This document shows positions 21,280 to 30,887 of a stretch of DNA of 64,000 nt, one piece after another. The stretch comes from a virus. The DNA lies in the IMG/VR virus record IMGVR_UViG_3300017971_000013, positions 1-64,000 of that record; one strand, given 5' to 3'. Both the position numbers and the translations under genes were made by a program. Position 1 is the stretch's first letter, and each line of letters begins with the position of its first letter. The notes beneath the pieces are model-generated. The model was not told the DNA's origin. It saw only the letters and a list, made by a program, of their open reading frames with translations, and made no database searches.

Positions 21280-22337
21280 TGAGTAACCTACCTTTTATCA
21301 TTCAAGGCGATTACATCCGATTCACTCCAAAGGTACATAAATACACTAAAGGTGAATTCACTTTTAAGGCCAATACGCGCGGCAATAAGATTATTGTCGG
21401 CAAGGTTAACGATTACCTGAAATGCCCTAACTGTGATTCACTTCTGTATGTGTCTTTTGAGGTAGATTCTGTAGCAGAAGCAAATGACTGTTTAGAGTTC
21501 ATCAGGTCAAATCTTAGATTGCCAGGAATCAAATCTTTAGCCTCAGGAAGGTTTGTATCTTTTTCTTCTAAACGGCATTTAGATGACCCAGAATGTCCTT
21601 ACAGGACAATCTCTCAAGATGTTAAAGTAGATGCAGATGATATTTTTAACTGGGTTGTTTCTGACCCTGTTGAAGCAATATGTATGTTTATCTATCGAAT
21701 CTGGGTAGAGGTAGAAGACACCTACATGAGTGCAGAAAAGGGAAAGGTTCTGGATATTATGCGGCAGCTTAAGATTTTTATAGATAAAACAGAGCTGCCA
21801 GATTATCTGCAAATGAATTACTTACATACGTGGCGATCTCTTTATAGGGTGCCTGTATGGGAAACCTTGAAAGATACAACAAACTTGTACAGCAGATGTG
21901 CCAGTTATTGGGAAGATAAAAAGACAGAAGGTCCTTTCAAACTTGTACTCACACACTCTAAAGCTATGAAAGCTTTGTTCCTTGATTTGTCTGGAGCAGC
22001 TAAGCTTGTAGAAGAAGGACGTCCTAAATCAGAAGCAGAAAAGGTAGCCTCCGCTCTCAGGTATGCTTTTCCTGAGTTCATAACAACGATGCCCATTATT
22101 CTAAATGTTTTTAGGTCGCTATCTCTAGAGATACTTCAAGAGGTTATGCTTTATATTTTTGAACCTTTTACTCATAGTGAAGGTGAACCTTGCCAAGAGA
22201 CAACGTTAGAAGATGAAATCATAGAAAAAGAATCTGTAGAGGAAATAAAAGATAGCGATTCTATTGAAGATTTCATCCATAATGCGTTGAGCAACTCTGA
22301 GGTTACTGCAGAATGGAAGACTTCTATGAGTTCTTAA
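21279..22337 (+). CDS. Hypothetical Zn-binding protein
   Basis: CPNC...H....CPY motif. Confidence 0.55.
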   Translation: MSNLPFIIQGDYIRFTPKVHKYTKGEFTFKANTRGNKIIVGKVNDYLKCPNCDSLLYVSFEVDSVAEANDCLEFIRSNLRLPGIKSLASGRFVSFSSKRHLDDPECPYRTISQDVKVDADDIFNWVVSDPVEAICMFIYRIWVEVEDTYMSAEKGKVLDIMRQLKIFIDKTELPDYLQMNYLHTWRSLYRVPVWETLKDTTNLYSRCASYWEDKKTEGPFKLVLTHSKAMKALFLDLSGAAKLVEEGRPKSEAEKVASALRYAFPEFITTMPIILNVFRSLSLEILQEVMLYIFEPFTHSEGEPCQETTLEDEIIEKESVEEIKDSDSIEDFIHNALSNSEVTAEWKTSMSS

Positions 22338-23188
22338 TGGATGCATATGGGTATGGGCCTGTTACTGTTATAGGTGACAGGCTCAGATCCTTATGTCCTT
22401 TTCATGAAGAAGAAGAACCTTCCTTCTTCCTGGACCTTGATAAACTTTATTACCGCTGTTATGGCTGCAAAGCTAACGGGCCTCTTTTAAAGCTGCTTAG
22501 AGTAGTCTTTAATATGAATGCTGTTGAGGCTGAACAGATATCGCAGCGGTTTCAGATAAATAGAGAGATTCGGGCGACTACTACTGTAGAGGAGAAAGTT
22601 TGGCACAGACAGCCTTTTATGTCTTACTTGCCTGAAGCAATGGTAGCACGTGGTTTTGAGGAATCTTTTCTTTTAGAGAATTCAATAGGCTATGATCCTT
22701 TTCATTATAGAACGGTGTTCATGGTTTATTCACCTGATGATAGGTTGGTGGGTCATTATTATAGAACAGACAATGATTCGCCTATAGATGCTCCTAGGTA
22801 TTTTGGGTATTTCAATGTTCATGATAAGGTTTACTGCCCTTCCCGTGTGTGGGAAGGAAATTCTCTTTTAGTAGAGGGGCCTGTAGATGCTTTAGGCGCA
22901 TTAAGCAGACTTAATGAATTTGATGAATACAATTCTGTGTGTTCTATCTTTGGGCTTGGTTTTGCCGATAATCAAGCTGAAGTGTTTGCTAAATACTTTA
23001 ATAAGATAGGTATAATGCTGGATAATGACCGGGCAGCAAAAAGAGAGCTGCCAGATATCCACAATAAATTAGTAACAGCAGGAATTAGAGATATAGAAAT
23101 CATAAAATATACTGGTGAGGATCCTGGATCATTGGATTTTTGTGATATCTCATACTGCAAACCATGGGAGATAATATGGGATCGTTGA
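22313..23188 (+). CDS. DNA primase (CHC2 Zn finger + TOPRIM)
   Basis: CPFH...PSF...CYGC, VEGPVDAL, DND. Confidence 0.85.
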   Translation: MEDFYEFLMDAYGYGPVTVIGDRLRSLCPFHEEEEPSFFLDLDKLYYRCYGCKANGPLLKLLRVVFNMNAVEAEQISQRFQINREIRATTTVEEKVWHRQPFMSYLPEAMVARGFEESFLLENSIGYDPFHYRTVFMVYSPDDRLVGHYYRTDNDSPIDAPRYFGYFNVHDKVYCPSRVWEGNSLLVEGPVDALGALSRLNEFDEYNSVCSIFGLGFADNQAEVFAKYFNKIGIMLDNDRAAKRELPDIHNKLVTAGIRDIEIIKYTGEDPGSLDFCDISYCKPWEIIWDR

Positions 23189-24456
23189 AGCTAAGCACAG
23201 GTAAACGAGGTAAGAACGGTAAGAAGAAAAAAAGGTCGGTTCAAGTTATTACACGTGGTGTAAGACGCCGCGCAGAAGGTAGTAAAGCAAGGAAGAAATC
23301 CAGGATAGCAAAGCCAACACAAAAGCAGACAAGGCACGTAGAGAAGACACGCACCGATAGAAAAAAGAAAGAAGATGTGGATGTTGGCTTGACTCCGAGT
23401 TACTCCAGAGGGGCAGCAGCAATCAGGCGTCTGAAAGAAGCAAGGGAAAGACAACAGGCAGCGTCTCGTTTTAGAAAACAAATTGTGCGTGTTAATCAGC
23501 CAGAGACAGGTCATTTCCTTGGTAGTTTTTCTAGGGGCATGACTCCTATTTTGACAGCGGCGCATTATGTTAAGATGCCAAAAGACTATCAAGGTTATTG
23601 GTTTTGCTCAGAGGTAGACTGCGGCATGTGTCGTCATACTCCTCTGAAGCAAACTAACCAGGTGCTCTTTGAGTGGTGGTCACACAGCCGTTATCATATG
23701 ATTGAAACCGGCGGAGATTCTAGGCCAAAATTTGAGAATTGTACTTTAGAAGAAGACGGCGACTGCTACTTTTGTAACTCAGGAAATAAAGCAAAAGAAA
23801 CTGGCATTCGTTGGCTACCCCTGTCGTCCAAGTGGGCACAAAGCATTTTGGCTTTGCATGAGAAGAGCCGGGTGTATTGTTATGAATGTGCGCGCCATGG
23901 TGATTTGAATGTGGTAAGAACTATTGGCTACATTTGTCCTTTGTGTGAAGAGGAAGCCACAGGTTATCACCCTAAAGTCAATGATTCTTACCGTTGCCCA
24001 CATTGCGATTTTGTTTCACTTCCTTTTGAAATTGTTGAATGTCCAGAATGTGGTGACGATACACGGCGTGTTTCTTTGAATGATTACCGTGTCCAAATTA
24101 GTAAATCAGGTTCGGGCCAAGGTGTTTCTTATAACTTTGAGCGCGTCGGCAACCCTAAGGAATTTAACTATCCTGTTAGATGTAGTTCTAAGACAAAGGA
24201 TGGTAAATACTGTCGTGGTTATGTGCATGCAAACTCTGAGACCGTCGAAGAGTTAGAATGTCCAGAATGCGGAGAGGTTATTGTAGAGGAAGGTGGGGCA
24301 AAGCCTATTGACTGGGATGCCGTTATTCAATCCAGAATGATGTCTGAGCAAGAGGTATTGAATCGTTTGGTACCTCGTGGACATAGAGATCCAAGTGCTG
24401 GCGCCACAAGATACGCCAACGAACAGGGACTATCTGACGATCCAGAGCCATTCTAA
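23176..24456 (+). CDS. Zn-ribbon-rich putative ssDNA-binding protein (gp32-like)
   Basis: H..C...C..C, ISKSGSGQGVSYNF, acidic DDPEPF tail; lies between primase and polymerase. Confidence 0.55.
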   Translation: MGSLKLSTGKRGKNGKKKKRSVQVITRGVRRRAEGSKARKKSRIAKPTQKQTRHVEKTRTDRKKKEDVDVGLTPSYSRGAAAIRRLKEARERQQAASRFRKQIVRVNQPETGHFLGSFSRGMTPILTAAHYVKMPKDYQGYWFCSEVDCGMCRHTPLKQTNQVLFEWWSHSRYHMIETGGDSRPKFENCTLEEDGDCYFCNSGNKAKETGIRWLPLSSKWAQSILALHEKSRVYCYECARHGDLNVVRTIGYICPLCEEEATGYHPKVNDSYRCPHCDFVSLPFEIVECPECGDDTRRVSLNDYRVQISKSGSGQGVSYNFERVGNPKEFNYPVRCSSKTKDGKYCRGYVHANSETVEELECPECGEVIVEEGGAKPIDWDAVIQSRMMSEQEVLNRLVPRGHRDPSAGATRYANEQGLSDDPEPF

Positions 24457-26651
24457 TGACACGTAGTTTTACCGGGCCGTATGATTTTGCATCTGAATAT
24501 GATGACTTCATCATTCCAGAGGATTTCGACTATTGGTATATTGATACCGAAGAAGAGATGGAGGAATTAGCAGTCTACCTCAAGGAAGAGCGTGTAGATC
24601 TTCTCTCTTTTGATGTTGAAACCATAAAGAACGATGACTATGTAGTGGAGAACTACAAAGGTAAGAAGAAGAAGGTCGGCAAAGATATGTGTCCGCACAG
24701 GCACCCATCGGCTTCTATTATCTGTGCAAGTCTTGCATGGCGTAACTCTTGTGGAGAAGTAGAAGGCGCTTTGATAGATGGTGCTATAAGCAGCGAAGCT
24801 ATTGAAGCGATGGAATTGGTGATGAATACACCAATAGCTAAGCTGGCACAGAATGCGACTTACGATATTATATGGCTCGGTAACTACGATGTTAAAGTGT
24901 CAGGACCCGTTTATGATACGATGGGCATGGATTTCTACTTTGACGAAGAAGGTAGAAAGAATAGACATGGTTTAGAGGTAATGATGGGAGACCATTTTGG
25001 TCTCAAAAAGAAAACATTTAAACAAACTTTCACATTACCTCCTGAGCCAGGGAGAAAGACAGGTAAATTACAGACTTTGGATGATGTGTATTTTGAAGAT
25101 CAAGATAAACTCTTTAAATACTCGTTGTCTGATCCTATAGCTACTTTGTTTCTGTTTGAATTTTTGAAAGAAAAACTTGAGCGTATTCCATGGACAGAAG
25201 AACTGTCTTATATGGATTTGTTCGATATGTTAGAGCCTGACTTAGTTACAGCGGGTCTTCAGATGGAAACAAATGGAATGTTACCAGACTTAGCTGTTTT
25301 AGATGAGAAGGGGGACATGATAAATGAGGCATATGAAAATGCCTTAGATTCTTTTTTAGAGTGGGCTGGTTGTGATGTGAATCCAAACTCCCCTGTTCAA
25401 ATGTATGCTTTGTTTTTTGGAAGAGCTGGACATATAACAGAAATATCGGCGAAAAAGATTCCTGTCATAGGTAGAGGTTGGCCGATACTAACTAAAGATC
25501 AAGCACCTACTAAATGTTTTTCTGATAAGACAGGTAAACTATCCACTGGTGTAGATACGATGGAGATTTATAAACAATTAGATCTCTTAGATGAGCATGA
25601 AAAAGAAGGTATAGATCATTTTTTAAATGTGAAGAAATACGACAAGGCCCAGTCAAATTATGGATGGGGTCTCATATCTTATGTCAATCCTGAGACAAAT
25701 AGGGCACATCCTAATATTAGAAGGTTTGCCGCTGTTACACATAGATATGCTGCCAAGAAACCAGCCTTGTTGACTATTCCTAATCCGGGCAAAGATCCTT
25801 TTAAGCTTAGAGAGGTTTGGGTAGCTTCTCCAGGTTATAAGCTAATTGTAGGTGATGAGGATCAGTTTGAGATTAAGATTATGGCCGAGGCAAGCGGCGA
25901 CTATCAATTTAAAAAAGACGTCACTGAGGGATTAGATTTACATGGCTTGCAAGCTTTGAATCTTGCTAAACATGGCAGATTTCCTCATATAGATATAGAT
26001 GATTATCCTAGGTCGGTAGAAGGACTGAAGAAATTCAAGGAAGACTTTCCTAAAGAACGTGGAGATGGAAAGACAGCTAACTTTGCTACCATGTATGGGC
26101 AGAGTCCTTTCACTTTGGCCCGAGATGCCAATATGACTGTAGAGGAAGCAAAGGAAACACAGGCTGCTGTTTTTTCTATGTATCCTAGTTTAAATGACCT
26201 CTTCGAATACGTTAGAGAACATGTTGTACAATATGGGCATATTCGAAATATTTTTAATGTCATTAGGCGTCTTCCTAATGGTCTTCTGGAGCCTCCTTCT
26301 AGATATGATAGGTCACCGGAGGCGAAGAAACTCTGGAGTAAAATTAGAGGAGCGCAACGAGAAGCTGTAAACTACATGGCTCAATCATCGGCGGCTTTTA
26401 TAATTAAATGTTGTCTGGTGACCATTGTTCAAGATGAGTATCTTGCGTCTATAGGCTACCGGTTACTATTGCAGGTGCATGATGAAATTGTAGGAGAAGC
26501 GCCGGAGCAATACGCAGAACAAGCTGCAGAAAGGATAGCCCATATCCTAGAGAATCCTTTTGAGATGTTTCCTGAGCTTGATCAATTTGCACTTGATGTT
26601 CCTCTTACTGCGGATGTGAAGATTTGTGACAATTGGGCTCAAGCGAAGTGA
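24456..26651 (+). CDS. polA: DNA polymerase family A (3'-5' exonuclease + polymerase)
   Basis: DVET ExoI, QNATYD ExoII, YSLSD ExoIII, motif B KTANFATMYG, motif C QVHDE. Confidence 0.92.
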   Translation: MTRSFTGPYDFASEYDDFIIPEDFDYWYIDTEEEMEELAVYLKEERVDLLSFDVETIKNDDYVVENYKGKKKKVGKDMCPHRHPSASIICASLAWRNSCGEVEGALIDGAISSEAIEAMELVMNTPIAKLAQNATYDIIWLGNYDVKVSGPVYDTMGMDFYFDEEGRKNRHGLEVMMGDHFGLKKKTFKQTFTLPPEPGRKTGKLQTLDDVYFEDQDKLFKYSLSDPIATLFLFEFLKEKLERIPWTEELSYMDLFDMLEPDLVTAGLQMETNGMLPDLAVLDEKGDMINEAYENALDSFLEWAGCDVNPNSPVQMYALFFGRAGHITEISAKKIPVIGRGWPILTKDQAPTKCFSDKTGKLSTGVDTMEIYKQLDLLDEHEKEGIDHFLNVKKYDKAQSNYGWGLISYVNPETNRAHPNIRRFAAVTHRYAAKKPALLTIPNPGKDPFKLREVWVASPGYKLIVGDEDQFEIKIMAEASGDYQFKKDVTEGLDLHGLQALNLAKHGRFPHIDIDDYPRSVEGLKKFKEDFPKERGDGKTANFATMYGQSPFTLARDANMTVEEAKETQAAVFSMYPSLNDLFEYVREHVVQYGHIRNIFNVIRRLPNGLLEPPSRYDRSPEAKKLWSKIRGAQREAVNYMAQSSAAFIIKCCLVTIVQDEYLASIGYRLLLQVHDEIVGEAPEQYAEQAAERIAHILENPFEMFPELDQFALDVPLTADVKICDNWAQAK

Positions 26652-26659
26652 GGTAAAAG

Positions 26660-27958
26660 ATGCCTGATAGAGAGGTGGAAGCTATCGTCAAGAAGATGAA
26701 TAAATCTCTTGGCGGTAAAGGAGCTATAATGTTTGGCCGTGATATAGACGACACGGACAAATACAGACTACCCTCAGGTTCATTAACGGTAGATATTGTC
26801 TCAGGAGGAGGCATACCAACTTCTGGTATGACAGAGTTGTTTGGGCCTGAGTCTTCTTGCAAGACAGCTCTTTCTTTCTCTGCTGCAGCCTACACACAAG
26901 CTTTGGGCGGTAGAATTTTGTTTGCGGCTGGAGAAGGGTTTGGAAAACAATGGGCTAGAAGGAATGGTGTTTACGTGCCTTTTGCTGAAGCAGAGGTAGA
27001 CAACCTAGAAGAGCTATCCAATGCTTTGGCGGCCGTTGATTCACTTGAGAAATGTTTGAAGTACCACCAATATCGTGAATCCTTGACGTTAGATGATGAC
27101 TACGATTTTGATGAGCAATTAGAGATAATACAAGACCTCAAGGAAGAGGAAGATGTACAATCTATTCAGGATTATCTGGCAGGGTTTAAAGACTTTCTTA
27201 GAGGCGATATTCTTGTTGCTTATCATAAGTATGGTGACGGTTTGCTCGGTGCTGTTCATGAGCTTATGTGGACTGGGAAATTCGATTTGGTAATTGTTGA
27301 TTCTATCTCTGTTTTAAAACCAGAGGCTATTCTAGAAAAGAAAGGCGTTGGTGATAAAGAGGTTGGTTCCCATGCGCAGATGGTGAATCAATTTGTAGAT
27401 AGAAATTATGCCATTTGGAATATGAACCAAGATCTACGTATGGGTTTGATTGTTATAAACCAGGCAGCAGAGCGTTGGGGTAACCCTGTGAAAATGTTGG
27501 GGAATATAAAAGAAAGGTCAGGTGCTTTTGGTATGAAGCACGGAAAGATCCTTTCTTTGTTTGCTCGACGAAGTGAAACTTTTGAAGATCCTAATAAAGA
27601 GGCATATGCTATAGGCTCTACAATTGCCAGAACTAAACAAAAGGTTTCGGCAGCAGCCTTGCGTAAAGGACCTATCAAATTCTTTACTGCAGACGGCAGT
27701 TTTGAAGGTAGGAATGTTTATGCTGGACTGCTAGATCATTCTTATGAGGTTATGTTTTGGTCAATTTATTCTGGGCTAATAAAAAAGAAAGGCGCGTGGC
27801 TAGAGGTTCTCATTGAAGGTGAGTTTGAGGGAATGAAATTCAATGGCGATAAGAAATGTCAGGCTGCCTTGGATGACAATAATGAACTGAGAGATGCACT
27901 AGAAGAAGAGGTTTACATATGGGCAGAGAAAATGAAACAAAGTATCTACAAAAACTAG
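26660..27958 (+). CDS. recA: RecA/UvsX recombinase with acidic insertion
   Basis: PSGSLTVD...GGGIP...ELFGPESSCKT, IVDSI, INQ, GLIKKKGAW. Confidence 0.88.
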   Translation: MPDREVEAIVKKMNKSLGGKGAIMFGRDIDDTDKYRLPSGSLTVDIVSGGGIPTSGMTELFGPESSCKTALSFSAAAYTQALGGRILFAAGEGFGKQWARRNGVYVPFAEAEVDNLEELSNALAAVDSLEKCLKYHQYRESLTLDDDYDFDEQLEIIQDLKEEEDVQSIQDYLAGFKDFLRGDILVAYHKYGDGLLGAVHELMWTGKFDLVIVDSISVLKPEAILEKKGVGDKEVGSHAQMVNQFVDRNYAIWNMNQDLRMGLIVINQAAERWGNPVKMLGNIKERSGAFGMKHGKILSLFARRSETFEDPNKEAYAIGSTIARTKQKVSAAALRKGPIKFFTADGSFEGRNVYAGLLDHSYEVMFWSIYSGLIKKKGAWLEVLIEGEFEGMKFNGDKKCQAALDDNNELRDALEEEVYIWAEKMKQSIYKN

Positions 27959-28045
27959 AGCACCTGGCGTTAGATGGACTATCTTTCTTTTTTAAAGGTA
28001 CGTGGTCTGTCTTTTTTGCTATCCATGGTGTGGTGAGAAATACAC

Positions 28046-28387
28046 ATGACAACTATTGCAAGGCGAAGACGTTTGTTGAAGCGTGCGTACGACAAAGAGA
28101 AGCAGGACGCGACGTTTATTTCTGGTAAGACTCAACCTGGTTCTGGCAATATAGAGCTATATGAAGAAGATGCGATAAGTGATGTTTTTCTTTTACAATC
28201 AAAACTTTCTGAGCAGAAATCGTATAGCTTGCGATTGAAAGATTTGAAGAAACTGTTGGAACATGCTAGTCAACAAGGTCGCGTCCCGTTGTTTCGACTT
28301 CAATTACAAGATGTCGATGTGTTAATGGTCTTTGGTCCCTATCAAGATTCCGTTAGAGATGCACTTATTGAAGAGTATGGAGGGTGA
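28046..28387 (+). CDS. Hjc-like PD-(D/E)xK resolvase/nuclease
   Basis: QPGSGN...D....LLQSK...SYSL pattern. Confidence 0.55.
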   Translation: MTTIARRRRLLKRAYDKEKQDATFISGKTQPGSGNIELYEEDAISDVFLLQSKLSEQKSYSLRLKDLKKLLEHASQQGRVPLFRLQLQDVDVLMVFGPYQDSVRDALIEEYGG

Positions 28388-28420
28388 AAACTTGCCACTT
28401 GGCAACGTTAGGTGTAATGT
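28388..28420 (+). promoter_or_regulatory. parB promoter overlapped by a 22-bp palindrome
   Basis: TTGCCA-17 nt-TAATGT; AAACTTGCCACTTGGCAACGTT covers the -35 box. Confidence 0.6.
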
Positions 28421-28483
28421 AGCAACATACTACGGACGGTATTTAGAACAAGGACTGTGAAAAACATTCTTACAGGAGAGGTT

Positions 28484-29626
28484 ATGTCAGAACCTATTTT
28501 GGTGCCCGTTAAAAATATCAAGGTCGTATCTAATGTGCGAAAAGAGATTGGTGATCTTACTGAATTGATGGATTCTATCAAACAGGTTGGTTTACTCCAG
28601 CCTATTGGCGTTTCTAAAAAGGGAAAAGGTTATACCCTTGAGTTTGGTAATCGTCGCTTGGCTGCGTATAAAGAGCTTGGTGAGAAGAAGATCCCTGTAA
28701 TTGTTGTCAAGGCTGGCAAGAAGAAGACAGACCGTGTCGTGAAGCAAGTCATTGAGAATATGCAGCGCACGGATATGACTGGTATCGATGAAGCTAGGGC
28801 CATCAGGGATTTGATGGAGAATACTGGTTGGACACAGGAGAAGGTTGCAAAAGCTCTGGGTCTATCTAAGTTTGTTGTCAACAAAAGACTGGCTCTACTT
28901 AAGAAACTACCAGAAGATGTACAGGAAGCTGTTAGGGATAGGAAAATTTCATTATCTCACGCAAAGGCCATCGCAAGCGCAGACTTAGAACCTACTGAGC
29001 AGATTGCTTTGTTGGGCGTTGCAAAGGAGCTGTCTGGCAATGAGTTCGAGGCGTTCGTCAAAGAGGGCACTTCTTCTGGGGGGTTTCCGCAAGCGAGCGG
29101 GAAGATCCAGTACGAAGAAATTGAGCGCCCTCGTCTGTGCAAGTTCTCCGATTTCAAGAAAAGACTCAAGGCTCTCGACAAGGAAAAAAGAGAGCATGAA
29201 AAAGGGATCGCCAGACTAACTAAGAAACTAGAGAAAGAGAAATCAAAGAAGCGTAAGGTTGACCAGGAGAAGATCTCTGAATTCCGTAAAGAGATCAATC
29301 AGTCGAAGCGTGAGCTTGAGGTTCTCTCTAGAATTGAAGAGTGGGCGGAAGGTTGCTTTATTATGAAGATGGTCAAGCGACCTATTCAAGAGAATAAGAG
29401 CGACAATGAAAAAACAAAACCTCGCAAAAACAGGGTGGAAGAAAAGGCTCCAGCTAAGAAGAAGAAAGCTAGCAAAGGAGCAGGAGATGGGAAAGCTTCC
29501 AGAACTAAGAAGACTTCCTCGAAAAAGCAAAGTACAAAGCGTGCATCAGCCAGCGGTAAAGGGAATAGCAAGAAAACAACGAAGAGGTCTGGTAAGAAAC
29601 TAGGTCTCAAGAAGAGTAAGAAATGA
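28484..29626 (+). CDS. parB: ParB/Spo0J-family CTPase with HTH and Lys-rich C-terminal tail
   Basis: SIKQVGLLQPI, FGNRRLAA arginine patch, IENMQRTDM, WTQEKVAKALGLS HTH, ISLSHA. Confidence 0.9.
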   Translation: MSEPILVPVKNIKVVSNVRKEIGDLTELMDSIKQVGLLQPIGVSKKGKGYTLEFGNRRLAAYKELGEKKIPVIVVKAGKKKTDRVVKQVIENMQRTDMTGIDEARAIRDLMENTGWTQEKVAKALGLSKFVVNKRLALLKKLPEDVQEAVRDRKISLSHAKAIASADLEPTEQIALLGVAKELSGNEFEAFVKEGTSSGGFPQASGKIQYEEIERPRLCKFSDFKKRLKALDKEKREHEKGIARLTKKLEKEKSKKRKVDQEKISEFRKEINQSKRELEVLSRIEEWAEGCFIMKMVKRPIQENKSDNEKTKPRKNRVEEKAPAKKKKASKGAGDGKASRTKKTSSKKQSTKRASASGKGNSKKTTKRSGKKLGLKKSKK

Positions 29627-30489
29627 CCATTGTACTTTCCCGTTCCCGCCTTCTGAAAAGACGAAAACTATCTCCTGTCTCTTTAGAAGGTAATATTTCT
29701 GTTCCGCAAAACTTTGAAGAACGTTTAGAGAAACTTAACTCTAAGATTTTACCAAGCACTGTGGAGGCGAAGGAACGGGTAGCAAACAAACTTCATTCCG
29801 CTCTTAAAAGAGAATGCTTGAGGGAAGCTGAGAAGCGTGAAGCCAATAGGCAATTCTTACATAAAAAACTTGGCATTAAGAATTCAGGTTTTCATGCTTC
29901 TCAGTTTCACTCTTGTGTTCGCCGCATCTATTTTGATCTAACTCTAGATAGAAGTGAATTCGAGGAAGATGAATCGGCTTTGTTTTTCTCTATTCCAGAG
30001 GATGTTCAGAATAGAATCTTTGGTACAGGGGATTTTATACATGACAGACTTCAGAGGTATTTAAAGAATGCTTTTGGGGAAGATGTCAGCATTGAATTTC
30101 CTGTGGTATCAGCAAAGACTAATTCTTACGGACGTATTGATGGCGTACTAGTTATTGATGGTATTCTGTATATAATTGAAATTAAGAGTATGCGAGAGAA
30201 TGCTTTTATTCAATGTATTACAGGGCCTCTAGCTAAATTTAAGCGCCAAGGCTGTGTTTATGCTGAATTCTTAAATATTAAACAAGCTATTTTTATTCTA
30301 GAGAATAAGAACAATCAAGAGTGGAAGATCTTTGTTGAGACATACTCGGATGATGACTTCGAAGTTATTAGACAAGACAAGGAGACGGTTAACGTTGCCA
30401 TGCGGCAAGGTAAGCCGCCCATCAGACATAAACTATGTACGGCAAAGATGCCTTTAGATTTTTGTCCGTACTCATCGATCTGTTGGTAG
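29623..30489 (+). CDS. Cas4-like PD-(D/E)xK exonuclease
   Basis: SCVR, GDFIH, GRIDG, EIKS, Q..VY, C-terminal C...CPY...C. Confidence 0.8.
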   Translation: MTIVLSRSRLLKRRKLSPVSLEGNISVPQNFEERLEKLNSKILPSTVEAKERVANKLHSALKRECLREAEKREANRQFLHKKLGIKNSGFHASQFHSCVRRIYFDLTLDRSEFEEDESALFFSIPEDVQNRIFGTGDFIHDRLQRYLKNAFGEDVSIEFPVVSAKTNSYGRIDGVLVIDGILYIIEIKSMRENAFIQCITGPLAKFKRQGCVYAEFLNIKQAIFILENKNNQEWKIFVETYSDDDFEVIRQDKETVNVAMRQGKPPIRHKLCTAKMPLDFCPYSSICW

Positions 30490-30494
30490 GGACA

Positions 30495-30887
30495 ATGTTG
30501 AATGATGAGTTAGAGAAATTGAAGGTGGAGATGAAAGACAAAGAAAAAGAAAAACCATCTCCTTCTTTTGTGTCCCCCTCGCCACCAGGCATTCCCTACA
30601 AAGAATTTCCTGTTGCGGCGAATACTTCTATACAAGCACTAGCTTCGGCTATTGTTCAAGAATTGAGAAAAGGCACAAACCTTGTGCTGAGTTCTTTGTC
30701 TTCTGTGCCAACACATACCGCAATGAAAGCGGTGATCCGTGTGAATCAGATGTTGGCGCGAGAAGATATGTATGTTACTTGTAAGCCATTATTTAGAACA
30801 CGGTTGGACAAAGAGAAGAGATCCAACGACGTAATGCTGATCAGGCTATTTCTTCAATCCAGAGTTAACCCTTATGTCGAGCCATAA
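30495..30887 (+). CDS. SpoVS-like (Alba-fold) protein
   Basis: VAANTSIQALASAIVQEL...AMKAV...CKPLF aligns by eye with the SpoVS pattern. Confidence 0.6.
   Translation: MLNDELEKLKVEMKDKEKEKPSPSFVSPSPPGIPYKEFPVAANTSIQALASAIVQELRKGTNLVLSSLSSVPTHTAMKAVIRVNQMLAREDMYVTCKPLFRTRLDKEKRSNDVMLIRLFLQSRVNPYVEP

Noticed and set aside
26980-27200. RecA insertion as an intein
   Set aside because: Too short, and lacks C/S...HN splice motifs
29623-30489. Cas4-like gene as evidence of CRISPR-Cas
   Set aside because: No other cas genes and no repeat-spacer array; solo Cas4-like nucleases are common in phages
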